A DNA stretch of 64,000 nucleotides from Ruditapes philippinarum (lineage: Eukaryota). The notes under the pieces were generated by a model. That model was not told the origin of the DNA. It searched no databases and was given only the letters and a program-made list of their open reading frames with translations. Location of the stretch: contig NW_026862067.1 of the NCBI RefSeq assembly GCF_026571515.1, positions 62,001-126,000 of the forward strand, in the 5' to 3' direction. Below are positions 26,423 through 40,371 of this stretch, piece after piece (within the stretch, counting starts at the first letter, position 1; the number at the start of each line of letters is the position of its first letter). Made by a program: the position numbers and the translations under genes.

Positions 26423-26841
26423 TTAAAGCCTATTTATCAAAGTGCCGGAAAACGTATTCCATCTGTATTTATCTTGGTATATGATATCGCCAGTACTGCT
26501 ACCTGTTTGTGCCTCGACCCAGACGTCTTGTCCGGCCGTCACTATGGCAACTGTATCAGCTGATGAACATCCACGGCCATCATCACCATATATCAATGGT
26601 GCTGAATAGTTATTCCCGTCAATCATTATATTAACAACAAAGTATTTTTTTATGTAAACACAGAAAGCTATACTGAACATGAACGTCCCATTGACGGATG
26701 CTGTAAACTTTCCGGTATCAGTGTTATATGCGCCTCCTTCTCTGAAGACTACTGTAGGAAACACGATGATCCGACCTCCCAACACTGCTGTATTTTCATT
26801 CAGCCTCGCTTTAAATGTAACTGTTGGTGTTACGGCCATAT
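26423..26841 (-). CDS. C1q domain-containing protein A, exon 2 (globular C1q head)
   Basis: FKARL...IVFPTVVFREGGAYNTDTGKFTASVNGTFMFS...WNTFSGTLI are gC1q motifs; acceptor ttttccag|, phase 1. Confidence 0.93.
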
Positions 26842-27172
26842 CTGGAAAAATAATAGAATACATTCACCGCATGCTGTAAATTCACAATGAAACCTTTATA
26901 CCAATGATTTCTATCAAACGACTTTAAATATCTATTTAAGACAAAATATTTATATCAGATTAATTTAATTTTTCGAGTTTTTCATAATTTATGATGCTAG
27001 TATTCAGAGGAAAAAATAAAATGCCAATTTTTCTTTTGACATTATCTTACCAATATCTATCTTTACTATTTCAGCTCTTACACATATATTCAATGTTGTC
27101 ATGGAATTCAATGTTAAGGAATTTTAAATGCATGTTAGAAAATCAATGGGGGACACATGGTTGAAAGTTTAC

Positions 27173-27488
27173 CTTTGAAATTTTGTAGTTCAAGAAGCTT
27201 TGCCCTAACCTCCGATGTAACATTACCGACTTCTATCATACTGGTCTCGAAGCCATTTTCTAGCTCTTGTTGTTTTGTTTTCATTTGATCGCTAACTTCC
27301 GTCTTGATATTTTCAACTCTGTTAACACATTGCTCTACCTCAAGTTTCAGTCTCTCCATTTGAAACTCTATGCGTACCATTTTTTCCAGCACCTTTTCCT
27401 CAAAATCATATTTAGAACAGCGAGGTTCTTCACAATTCCTTCCATTTGTCAACAGAAATAGAAGAAACACTATTTTAGAGAGCGACAT
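27173..27488 (-). CDS. C1q domain-containing protein A, exon 1 (signal peptide + coiled coil)
   Basis: Hydrophobic leader MSLSKIVFLLFLLTNG, then CSKYDFEEKVLEKMVRIE and heptad-like helix; donor G|gtaaac; 331-bp intron; 244 aa in total. Confidence 0.92.
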
Positions 27489-27699
27489 GTCTCACGAATA
27501 ACAAACCTGTTGCTTTTGTTGTTTGCAAGTGAATGAATTAGACGACCTTCATTTTTGCCACGATGTATTCATTAACTTAAAATCATTTTACGGAATCCAA
27601 TTCATGCCACCATGTTACAATCAATGTTGCCTACCTTCTGTGTTGTCTTAGAATAAGAAAAAACAATATAACAAAATTAAAGACTGGTGTTAAATTGTA

Positions 27700-27792
27700 T
27701 ATATAGTTTTCCGGACCTAAAAAAATGATATTGACCAAGGGAAAAAGTCCGAAGTTAGTATAACTTTTAAGGGGTCTGAAAAACTATGTATT
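27700..27792. repeat. Imperfect palindromic repeat fragment (possibly Crypton-like non-autonomous)
   Basis: ATATAGTTTTCCGGACC ... GGTCTGAAAAACTATGTAT inverted arms. Confidence 0.4.
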
Positions 27793-28189
27793 GGCCTTAA
27801 GTCTATCATCTTTGGAATATCACGACTTAAAAAAACCCATCAGGTCAACTCTACACTTCTTTTTGCGGCTAATGACGTCATCGCAAATCAGTCAATCTTG
27901 AAACGGTGCTTTCATGAACGGTATTAGGTATATCGATAGTTGGCATCTTAACTTTGTGAAATTCTATAAATTCTATAATGTGTGTCAATGAGTGATCAAA
28001 TGTCAAACAGTAAAATATTACATTTATTACTTACATTTTTAATACAACAAAAAAGATAAGAATTGTATAAATGTAAACGAGGAACTCGTAATAATATTGC
28101 AATGAAATATCTACTTGAAACAATTGGAGACGAAGCGACTAAGCTAATCTTAACAATTGATATCAAACTAAGTCTACGAAAAAACATAT

Positions 28190-28425
28190 GAGCCGCGACA
28201 CGACAATACCAACGTAATGCGTTTGCAACCTGCATGGATCCAGACCAGCCTGCGCATCCGCGCAGTCTGATCAGGATCCATGCTGTTCGCTTAAAAACCC
28301 TATTACAAGTAGAGAAACTGATAGCGATCAGCATGGATCCTGATCAGATTGCGCGGATGCGCAGGATGGTATGCATCCATGCTGGTCGCAAACGCATTAC
28401 GTTGCTTTTTGTCGTGACGCGGCTC
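28190..28425. mobile_element. Palindromic MITE, Sola2-like
   Basis: GAG...CTC termini, ~100-bp inverted arms, ATAT on both sides. Confidence 0.8.
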
Positions 28426-28951
28426 ATATGAATATCAAGATATCAGTTTAAAATCAGAAGGCCATTATGCTGAATTATCGAATGTGCATATGCTGGATCA
28501 AGACAACTGCAAGGCAATGGATGCACATTTTGCAACATTTACATATTGTGTGAATAGGGCAAGTGAAAACTTAACATTATCAGTTTAAAAATTAATAGCA
28601 AAGACAATATTCCATACTTTGGGCGATACGAAATATGACGCTGAAAACTTATTTGTTCTCCTATACATATGTAAAATATTATATTAATATGATACACGGT
28701 CGTTGTATAATTATGTTAATCCTCTTTTATAGTTATGTTAATGTTTATTCCATCTTTTTTTTATTTTCTACACTGACTTTCTTTCGTTTTTTTTAACCAG
28801 CACACGACTGTGAAATATAAATTTCTAAAATGAATGAAGTATTAACTTCACGGTGATGATCATTAAGACATCAAATATAATTAAATACTTGTGAGTAGTT
28901 TCCCTACGCAGTCAAAGATGTCATACGAAAGATCACAGCAAAAATACATAT

Positions 28952-29186
28952 GAGTCGTGTCACGACAAAACCAACATAGTGGGTTTGCGAGCAGCATGGA
29001 TCCAGACCAGCCTGCGCATCCGCGCAGTCTGATCAGGATCCATGCTGTTCGCTTACCAACCCTATAACAAGTAGAGAAACTGATAGCGAACAGCATGGAT
29101 CCTGATCAGACTGCGCGGATGCACAGGCTGGTCTGGATCTATGCTGATCGCAAACGCACTATGTTGGTTTTGTCGTGACGCGGCTC
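28952..29186. mobile_element. Second copy of the Sola2-like palindromic MITE
   Basis: Same family as 28190-28425; flanks ATAT / AATT. Confidence 0.8.
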
Positions 29187-30411
29187 AATTATCTTGTGAA
29201 TTCGCAAAATACACAATATGTAAGAACACCCGTAGTTTTTAGTTTTAAAGTAAAGATTCAATTACGGATCTAAAACGGAGAAAAATTTGTTGGAATACAT
29301 TTGTGAAATTATAATGTCTTATGAATTTTAAAAAATATTATATTGCAAAATTTTGTCAATTTTTATGCTTACTAAATTAGAATAACATGTTTCGGTTATA
29401 ATTTATTCTTTCCCCATTTCTATTTCATTTATCATAACATTAAGGTACATAAAGGCTTAAACTATATTGGAACTTGTTTTTTTTTATCTCTGCACGACTA
29501 AATTGATGCAAATTATTGGAGTGTATGCATCGTTTAGCTAAAGCTTAGTGGTTTTGACACTGGTCCCGTGTTCATAAACAAAAGATCATGATCAAATGAT
29601 CCTGATTTTATTTCCATTGTTCTATAAAACTAAAATTGATCGTGTTTTTCCTAAAATTAAATGGTACATAGACAAATTGTTAACAAATAACTGATTTGCA
29701 CAGAAACAGGCATTTTTCGGGATGATATCGACAAATAACAAAACAAATACAGAAATAATTGGATCAAAATAAGGTCAATTATAGGATCAGGATTAATATT
29801 TCGATCAACTGTAAAATGTCTTTTTAAATAACAATGTTTTTTTCTCTAAAATTGGCCAATTTCGAGTTTTACACTATTCATTGCGAGAAAACATGCTTTT
29901 TGTGTACATGCTATTATCATATTATACCACCAACAATGCTTTGGTTATCCCGCAAAACTAAGAGATTAGTAGGAACTTTTGGTCAGTATATCTTGAGATG
30001 TCAGACCTGACAGTAACTCTATTTTGTGCATATTTTCACACGGAGATAAAGAATTGCCACTTTATTAAAACATTTACGTACATTACTGTCTTACTAGAGA
30101 GATGTTGATGATAACGAATCGTAACTCTGCAATATTATATATGAATTTCTCTATTTATATCCATTTGAACCAAAGTAAAAGAACACGTGATGTTCTTATT
30201 AAAACGTTTCAGTTTTATGAGGAATAATTCTACCACAATGGTTTAAAATATTGAAGAAGACATTTATATTTGGGATATCAGAAAAGCAAACACCAACAAA
30301 AATATCAAAATAAATATTTTACATGAACAGTCTAAGGAACACTTTATTGAATGAATAGATATCCAATGGCCCCTATTACAGAGACCCCTACCTTACTTCA
30401 AACACAGTGAT

Positions 30412-30663
30412 GTTAGCTTTTTTGTTTAGTATTACGTCGCATTAACACAATATAGGTATTATGGTGACGTTCCAGCTTTACTGGTTGAGTAAGACCTCAT
30501 GTGTCTTTCCGAGCATTATGACATCTGAGAAGAACCATCGAGGTTCCGTAAACTTGCTGGATAACTCCCTCACATAACAGAAGTTAAGGTACCTGTCAAG
30601 ATTCGAGCCTACAGCGGTAGGGGCAAGTGGTTTCACGTCAACGACTCGGCCACGAATGCCCCC
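30412..30663 (-). mobile_element. tRNA-derived SINE
   Basis: Minus strand: A-box TGGCCGAGT, B-box GGCTCGAATC, body with AAGCTGGAACGTCACCAT and A-rich tail. Partial copies at about 25590-25735, 33865-34047, 37990-38150, 40065-40165, 48835-49000, 51875-52060 and 55565-55720. Confidence 0.75.
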
Positions 30664-32401
30664 AGAGACATTAGCTAGAATGGACTTAGAATATGGTTTG
30701 CATATACGAAAGAGAAAAGGCTGAGCAATAGAAATATTAATGAGAAAGTTTAGAAATATCTTATTCAAAAGAAGGTACGTAACATATTAATGAAGATGGT
30801 TACTGACTTGAAGGAAGACATTGTTTAAAAAACAAAGGAATGAAATAGACAAAAGTTGACACAAACGATTAAGCGATATACTTTCAAAGAAAAAAATGGA
30901 TTTCAATTTATAAGTGTTATCTTAACATTATATCTGATATTGTTAAATATTACACATTTATTTCATCAAGTCCAACAACATCATTGACTCGTAAATTATT
31001 TTATTTTTAACGCGTTTTTACATTTAAAATTATAAATTTCTTAAAATAATCAATTTACATACGCCCGGATCGGAAACATGGAAAAATGGTTCTGGTTGCG
31101 ATAAACACACATTTTAAATTACGGCCGAATAGCTTTCGGAACGTCGTTGCCTCGCTGGTTCAACCCCGGTGAAATAATTTATGGAGGGGTATATGAAGTC
31201 TTTTTCCACGACTAAATAGAAAGTCGACAAATCAAATATCCTTAATAGTGTCACTCAAACTGAGCCTGCAACATTTCTTTTCAATTTTGCCGTGCTGGGG
31301 CTTACTTTAGGGATTCTATTCTCTTTATTTTTTTACTTAACCCCAAATGAAACAAACAACCGAGTAAACGTTTAACGGGACAAAAGCTACTGCTATGTAC
31401 TATTTGTATACCGCCTGCCTTCCTAGCAAAACAATCAAGAATCATTACTTCTGCCTAATGTTTTATATATTCTTCTACTGGTGTACCAAATGCCATTTTA
31501 GACAAGTAATTTTTGTCGTATTTTTATACTGCTACCTCAGTAGAACCACCGACCTATCGTATGCTAGCAAAATACCTTCCTCACATTAACAAAATTCTTA
31601 ATCCTCGACAGGATTCAAAAAAAAAATATTTCAACAAAGAAACATTTATATATCAAAGTTTACTGATAAAACAAAAGTTACCTTGGTGTATTCTTTCCAT
31701 TTCTTTATTAAATAAAAATACGAACTACAAAACATATGTCACCAAATTAGCACTACAACAGCGATTTATATATTACAATAATTTGAATATACCAAATGAA
31801 TAAACCAAAGAAATTATTTTTAATAGCAACAAAAGGTAAAAGTACATGTATAGTTACAAGATAAACACCGCTGAGCCTAATTAATCAGTGCATGTCTCCA
31901 GATGAGCCAAAATATTTCAAGATAATCAATATTGAGAAAAATGTACAATCATTGTAAGAAAGGTAAAACATTCAAGATGCAAGTAAAATTGTGCATGTTA
32001 TATGCGGTTTAAGACTGATTTTGCAGTATTTCATTACTATATTTCATCTGCGTTACTAACGCAGTAAGGGCTGATTGTGGCATATGTTGACCACTTTTTG
32101 GTAATTTTCTTGGATTGTGAGCGCTGATTGCTATATGTAAATTACATTATTTGTTCACCTCACAATATTTTACTTACAAATACATTTCTAATTTTTTATG
32201 AAATCTGACATGAATCTGGAGACGTGCTGCTTTAAAAAGTATTGCATCAATAACAATAAATTCTGCATAATATATGCACTATTAATTTTTTTTTCTGCAT
32301 TAGATCTTACAATATAATAAATGCATGTACGCCCATACACATGTACATCAGAACACTTGGCTATTTAATAAACAATTGCCTGAAAGAAAGTTCACAAAGA
32401 A

Positions 32402-32826
32402 TTAAATCCTCCTATTTATTAATGCCCCGGAGAATGTATTCCAACGGTATGAATCACTATGGTCTGTAATGGTACCAGTACTAGTACCGCCTGATATAAC
32501 CTCGACCCATACCTCCTGTCCGGCGGTCACTATGGCAACTGTATCAGCAGATGAACATCCATGGCCATCATCACCATCGAACAATGACGTTGAATATCTT
32601 GTTCCTTCAACCATTATACTAACAGTCAATGACTTCTTTGAATAGACACAGAAAGCTAAACTGAACATGTACACCCCACTGATGGGTGCTGTAAATTTTC
32701 CGGTACCTGAGTTATACGCATCTCCTTCCTTGAAGATTAATACTGGAAACACTATGGTCTGACCTCCGACCACTGCAGTCCTGGACTTTAATCTTGCCTT
32801 AAATGCAACAGTTGGTGTTACAGTAT
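32402..32826 (-). CDS. C1q domain-containing protein B, exon 2 (globular C1q head)
   Basis: VAFKARL...YNSGTGKFTAPISGVYMFS...WNTFSGALI; acceptor tttctag|, phase 1. Confidence 0.93.
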
Positions 32827-33419
32827 CTAGAAATGAAAAACATAAAGAATTCACAAGCAAGTCATTATATTTTCAATGAAAACTATCTTTTGGTACAACA
32901 CATAATGTTAATTCACAATGAATTTAAATGTTAGATCAAATATTTGTAACAAATTGAATTTAACGAAATAAGTTCATATTCATCGATTTCGAGTCCGTTA
33001 ATATTAAGTTACATAAAATATAATGGGCAACTTCCTTAACCGTTAAAACTGTGAAAAATGAAAGGCTTAAGAAAAATGAAAATAAAGTATATATTTGTTT
33101 TGGGCTGTTTATGACTTATAATACATTTGAATTGTATTTTACACCGAAAACACATCATAAAATGTATGTAGATCAAAAATTTATTGACAATATGAAAGTT
33201 CCAAATTTTTTTTTCGTGAAAGTATGAATAATGAATAGACATGCACCAGTACAAGGGGTATAGTTATTAAGTACCAGTACTTATTAGTACCAGTACTAGA
33301 TCTTGGTTAAGTACTGCAGTGCCAGTACTTTTATTCGGAATTATTTAGTGCCAATACCAGTACTTTCATATATTCACTGTATGTTGCACACTATTAAATG
33401 AAAAAAACATATAACTTTG

Positions 33420-36400
33420 GTGGCGCTTTTATATGTCGCAATGCCGCTAAATGTCGCACTGGTGCTAAATGTCGCACGATTGCCGCTAAGTGTCGCAAAC
33501 TCTGCTACCGTTAAATGTCGCATGGTTTTTCCTTGCCGTTGAATGTCGCAAAACTACCGCTTAAAGTCGCATGATGCATTATGTTTTTTATAAAATTAAG
33601 TTAGCTAGTGGTATTATGTTACAATAGACATTGAGTAAATGTTCGTACATATTTAGTAACTTTATGGGACATAAAGAAATGTCCCGATTCATCTGCTCAC
33701 TCAAGACGAAATATGCTTTTTAAATATCCTTTTTGTTTGAAATTTAAATGTAAAAGCGATTGATTAAGGTATAGTATGTAACTATGATAGGTGTTATGTG
33801 CATCTAATATTAATCTTTTGTAAATTGCTTTGCGTACATAGACAAGTTTATATCTATACAAATGCCCATCCACTTGCCCCTCACCGCTGTTGGTATTCTT
33901 TCATACAAGGAATATGCAACACCTAGTTTACGACAAGTCGCTGGTTGAAATAAGGCGAGGGGGCACCAGAGGTATTTCTTCACTAGCGAAGCTGGAAAGT
34001 CGCAATGTTACCTTACAGCGTTGGTGCAGAGTAAAATCCAACAAAGAAATGTATCAGACTGCTTACTTCGTATATCATACTGTGAGTACAGGCATTCTAC
34101 AATCTGAATATCAACTTGATTATTTTTACAGGTGTCACAGGCACATTCAATATATTCGATGAGTTCTATCCCCAACAAAAATTAATAATTTACGGTACCT
34201 GTTCGATTGTGTGTGCGTGAGTGTTTAAATTCCACTATAACTAGCAATAAACATCTGGGATCACTTATTTTTGTAGGTCTTATCATTCTGTCACGGCTAG
34301 CCGTTAGAATTTCATACTGAAGAACGCAATAGAAAATAACCTAAAACTCCTTAACAATCCGATTGTTTTCCCTTGCTCGAACTCCAGCTTTCACCAAATG
34401 GCCCAAGCACTCAAAATGGTTTTCATGTCAGTAATTACAGATGTCTGTGATTTATGGAATTCAATGTTTTCAAATAGTGATAAAATATTTGAAAGGGATT
34501 TTCTATGTAACATACACTAGTCTACCTACATTTGACATAGATAAGTGACCTGTCATTTTACATAGCAGGCTAGTACAAATTCAGGCGATACCAAAGTCTA
34601 ATAAATATACCATAAACATTTTCATCCTGTAAGACTCATTATATGCAATTTTTGGCATTAGTTTCAACGGCATCAAACTGTCAGAAATGGAATACATGAT
34701 ACAACTTCGCGAAATTTCTTTTCATGTGGATCACCATTAAATGCTCTCGTTTTGTTTTCCGTTCGGAAGGACCAGTTTGAAAATATGTCATATACTAATA
34801 GGATGGATTAAACGGAAGAATTTTACTTTTTCATCAATAATTATCAAAGAAAAAATGTTTAAGGTAGAACGCGACACTTTGCGAACTTTCGAGTAGTGTC
34901 TTGAAAATTGGCATGCAAAAAATGACCATATTTCTGATTGGATTTCGTTGATTTTATTTCAACAGTTTCAGCCAATTTTTGTACACATGACGTCAAAGTT
35001 GACTATCAAAGCCCGTTTTTTAACATGACGTCGTTGCGTATCCTTGGCAACTGTTACGGGTATTACAACGCCATAGGCGGACAAAATATCTTAAATCCTA
35101 CAGCATTCGTTGGAAATTATTTTTTCCTTTAAGCAGACATAAAATTTATTGTTTTACGCCGAAAATTGTTTGAGAAATGGAAAGAAAATTGTCAATTTTG
35201 TGTAAAATTTGACGTTCAGTTTAGCCGCAATTTTCGGCTTTAAAGCGGCTTATTTAAAAATTCCTGAAATAAATTTTTGATTTTTTTCTTTAAACGTCCT
35301 TTAAAATGTATACTTAGTCAAAATAACTAAAAAAATTAGGGGGTCACCGACTCAATTTTTTCGGTACACGTGATTTTATTTCCCCCACCCCTTTGGATAA
35401 AAGTCACGCTATCACGGGGCGTTTGGTTTTTTGATGTTATTAAAACGATCGCCCTGTGTCAAAATCCCGCTTTTTACGGCATTTTACGCTATTATGACCA
35501 CTGCGGAAAATATATGGATACAATAAAGGGTACGGAATTCCGTATATTATAGATAGACAGGTAAAAATAAGTGAAATTTGATGTACGGGACCGTATATCA
35601 TGCAATACGTATATGACTAATATACCGTGATCCGTACACTCGTAATATGCGGGAACTTTGAATGAAGTTCGTATTTACTAAAATACGTATTTTTTTAAAT
35701 TACACGATCAGATATTACCAAAATATGTTTTTTTTATTCTTGTAAATACAGATTTTGTATATAAAACAGTGAATAAAGATGTACTTCAGAATTACCCACT
35801 TTCTACAAGAGGAAAGAAATAATAGTCTGATCTGACATTTGTCAGAATAACATTAAATAGTAAAACTTTGAGTAAAATGTAATATTTCTCGGTTTTATTA
35901 ACATGTCAGTTGCATACTGATTAAATAGTTAGTGAAACATCGACAGATCCTCTACAGTGCCCGTAGCATGTACAGACAAAAAAATGACAATATATATTGA
36001 ATATCTTTATTTTGTATAAAGATTTACAACGCAACACTCCTTTGTGCAGTATCTAGCTCAGGGCCGCCGGTTCGCTAAAATCCGCAGACGTGTATTTACA
36101 GCGTTTCATTATATTTCATGTTTAAAATAATGTTTCTAAATTTTCCTGTTCCTAAAATAAATTCTACCATAAATTTGGCTATACAGTGAATAATGAATAT
36201 TTGCAAAGGCCGATTTGTTAGTAATGTTTTTAATACAGCGTTTATGGTGAATCCTCAATTAATCGTTATTTTTAACATTATGATATTCTAAAATGATAAG
36301 CAAAACGAGAGAATATGTATTACAGATACTTGTAGAATCGAAAGTGCTACATCTGTAATCCAACACCCACTGAGCTAACGTTTCAAGCATGACTGTTTGC

Positions 36401-39400
36401 TTCACGCTAATATAATTGACTAAGTTTCATTTATGAACCGTATATTTTAATTTGTCAGTATTTCGCCAATTCTGTCAAATTGTTGCAATAGTTTTTTATT
36501 ACAAGTGAAATTCAAATTCTGGGTTTTAATAGGTGAAATAAAATACATATCACTCACAGTATATCACTCATAGTGTGGGTAATGCAAAATGTATAGATTT
36601 GCAGAATTTCTTGTAGACTACGTATTAATTTATGATTGAATTTCCGTAAATTTCTAAATTTACATAAAAATATATACATTTTGTAGTTGCTTTTTGTTCC
36701 TTAAGGCATATTTCTCGATTCAAGTTTATTAATCTAATCTTATTGTATTACAATATCAAAAAGGAACACCGCAAATGATTACTCTCAGCTGTATTTATTT
36801 TTGTTTGCGCAGCGTACGCGTTGCCGTTGAACGCCTGGCGTCATTTTCTTTACATGCGTCTGTTTACAATTCCTTATGAAGTTATTAACATGCTTAAAAA
36901 CAAGAAAAAAAAATCGTTTTTTTTTTCCGTACAATTTTAAGAATTTGCAATGGAACAATGTTGTTGTTGGTTTATATGTATTAGTAAAACTCTAGAACTA
37001 TTCTCCTGATAAGCTGAACATTATTGCCGCACTTTGAAGTCTCAGACGTATCTGCATACGTAAGACTTTCGTTACAAAATTACTCACGGGGTTGGTGAAA
37101 TAAAATCACGTGTACCTAAAAAAAATGAGTCGGTGACCTCCTAATGTTTTTAGTTATTTTGACTAAGTATACATTTTAAAGGACGTTTAAAGAAAAAAAA
37201 ATCAAAAATTTATTAATAAGCCGCTTAAAAGCCGAAAATTTCGGCTTAACAGAACGTCAAATTTTACACAAAATTGACAATTTTTTTCCATTACTCAAAC
37301 AATTTTTGGCGTAAAACAATAAGTTTTATATCTGCTTCAAAGAAAAAATAAATTCCGTCGAATGCTTTAGAATTTAAGATATTTTGTCCGCCAATGGCGT
37401 TGAAATACCCGTAACAGTTGCCAAGGATACGCAACGACGTTATGTTCAAAAACGGGCTTTGATGGTCAACTTTGACGTCATGTGTACAAAAATTGGCTGG
37501 AACTATTGAAATAAAATCAACGGAACCTAATAAGAAATATGGTCAATTTTTTGCATGCCAATTTTCAAGACGCTACTCGAAAGTTCGCAAAGTGTCGCGT
37601 TCTACCTTAACTCAAACGAAAACGAAAAGTGTAAAATTTTGAAGAATTGAATCAATAAAAATAAATAAATAAATAAATAAATAAAGAAAAAAATAAAGAA
37701 AAAAAAAGAAAAAAAAAAGAAAAAAGGAAACTAAAAAAATGTACAATGTGTCTGAGTCCTTATAAACTTGAATCTACAAACCAAGTGAATCTTGAAAGGA
37801 TACAATCTAAGACGGGTTCACTCATGTATACAAAAAGAGGGTTGACAATAAAAGAGGAGTGACACTAACCATTTAACCACGGGGTCCATAATTTTGAGCA
37901 ATGAGATATTAAATGTGTTGAAACACATATTATCTCATTGCCAAATACCTAAATTGTGGGTGTGAGTGTGTATGGAGAGGGGGGGGGGGGAAGCGTCGGT
38001 GGTTTACAGAACGTCGGTGGTTTTACCCAGGTGCCTATTCGTGCCTGAAATAATGCGCGTACACTTGAGGTCGCCTCAAGTCGCCAAATGACCTATTTTG
38101 TGTCGGTGTGTCGTAACGCCCAATCAAACATAACCAAAGCAAAATAGAGAAAACCAGAATCCCTTAAGAAAGGCTAACACTGCAAAATGGACAATGTTGA
38201 TAGAGCCTGTTCATGAACGGCACTGGAAAGTGCAAATTACCGGATTTGTTCATACCGTATGTGTTCATACGGCGATTATCATGGAACCCTCAATGTGACA
38301 CAGTAGTGCCATATGACATTTATCAAAATCATTTATAGTGACTGCAATTAAAATCCGATGGAAATTTCAAAACGAGGTAATTACATAATCATACGTGCAT
38401 GTACATGTGTAATTAAATTAATAAGAACTAACATAAATTTCAGTCTTTCAAATCTATGTAACTAATGTAAACGATATGTCTTGCAATACGATTATATAAA
38501 ATACTTCAATGTATAATAATTAAGGCAAAGCGGAAATTTTCTTCCTAATGTAGATTATTTTAAGCAAGACTTTTGTCATTGAACTGGAACGTTAATCCGT
38601 GCTAAATCCACGGAAAATGCGACTCCTCACTTGAATACTGTTTGTGTGACAAATGACTGGTCTCTTAACGCGCAACAATGTCCTATTACATCGCTTGTTG
38701 CCATTAAATAAAACATGAACTTAAGTAACTAGAAACAAATCATATTAAATTTGACATGTAAGTATCATCTTGTGTAATCACCAGACCGTCAGGTTAGACC
38801 AATAAGTAAAGTGTCTGTCGTACTTGTGGTCAAGGTGGAGAAGTTCAAAAGCATAAACTGGGAATGAAGATACTTTTTACTGGCAATGAAAAAAAATAAA
38901 TAAAAAAGCAAAAAAACGAATAAGGTTTGTTTGCATCAATGAAATTTATAAAACTGTAATCCAATTGTGACAATATAATAATACCTATAAAATAATTCTT
39001 ATAATACCTTTAAATCCGAAAGCATACATGCTTGTATGTGGGAGGCCGACACACAGTATAAAATACTGATCTATAATTAAAAACTAAGTCTATTTTTTAA
39101 GATAATCTTTTAGGCGTGTTAGATCCATCTCAAGCTGATGCTGTGGCTTTAACCAACAACATCTGGGTTGCTAAATGGGGAAAAACAAATGAGTTTTATC
39201 ACTAAGAGGCCCTTAATATTGACATAAAACATTTGTTTAAATTGCGATGTTAAACGGTGGTGTTGTGACATTTAACGGTAAGGGAAAATCGTGCAACATT
39301 AAACGGCCGTGTTGCGACATTAATTTTATGATACAAGATTTTGCGACATTTACGGCGTCAACGACATTTAGTGGCAATGGTACGACATTTTGCGGCAAAT

Positions 39401-39425
39401 GCGACATTTATCGACGTTAAAACAT
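33420..39425. mobile_element. Old DNA transposon with long inverted ends built from AAATGTCGCA repeats (intron of gene B)
   Basis: Array at 33430-33571 is the reverse complement of the TGCGACATTT array at 39243-39415; present in both duplicate copies; superfamily not established. Confidence 0.6.
34863..37606. mobile_element. Non-autonomous Kolobok-like DNA transposon, 2744 bp, ~520-bp TIRs
   Basis: TTAA|GGTAGAACGCGACAC...GTGTCGCGTTCTACC|TTAA; the paralogous site at 55201-55204 has a single TTAA; GG...CC ends with a TTAA TSD fit Kolobok rather than piggyBac. Confidence 0.88.
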
Positions 39426-40371
39426 TTATGACACATTCACACCTTCATTTAATTGCAAATACTTTATTATTCTTTGACATCTGTTTGCATTTATCAGATA
39501 CACTTACAATCTGTGACTATAGCGAAAGTAAATTCAATTCAATACTAATCCACATGATAATTTCTCTAAAGCTTCATTTTCATGTAGTACAATTTCATAT
39601 ATTAATTTCTTTACCATGGTTGTCTTAAATGAAACGAAAGATTTAAAACAAATTATTAAAATAATATATGAGATTAAAGTTATCTCTTTACATATATTTC
39701 TGAAAACCAATGAACTGCCTTGGTACTGCAGTACAAGTTCCGCATTTTGTATACTGTAGTGCAGTACCATTACTAGTAGTAGCAAAATATGGTGTGAGTA
39801 ATTTTCAGTACCCCCAGTACTTACAAAAAAGACTGCATCGCGTACTGTACTACCAGTACCGCACGTCTAATACAGGTTGTTTAATGTTTTAATACTTAAT
39901 ATTATATTTTACATGATCATTTATATAAATATCAGCGGACGTTCAAAGATAAAAGTAAATCAGTATGTTCTGTTAAAATGCAGTAAATATAAAAAAGCCG
40001 CAATGCTTCGGACCTCATAGCATTGTAGTAACCCTAAGTCAACTCCAGACCTTAAACATACTTTAGCCTTTTTTGGGCACCAAGCCTTAGCCTATGGCGA
40101 CTTTTCAGCTTTACTGATGGAGGAAGATCTTACGTTAATTTTTCCTGGCACGCACGGACCCTTCAATGCTACGAGGACCATAGTGCTAGGTAATAGTCAT
40201 AAAGTTAGTCATTACTTTACTCCAGATTTGATTTTTTTAACTACTGTTAAATGCATTCTTATTTGTATCATCTGTAATACACATCTTCAATAATTCAACG
40301 AAAATAAAAACAACTCAAAGATTATGTCTTACATGCATCGTAGAAAAACAGTAAATGTGACGTTATTTTAC

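Noticed and set aside
27996-29096. ORFs 27996-28334, 28234-28431 and 28881-29096
   Set aside because: Chance frames through palindromic MITEs.
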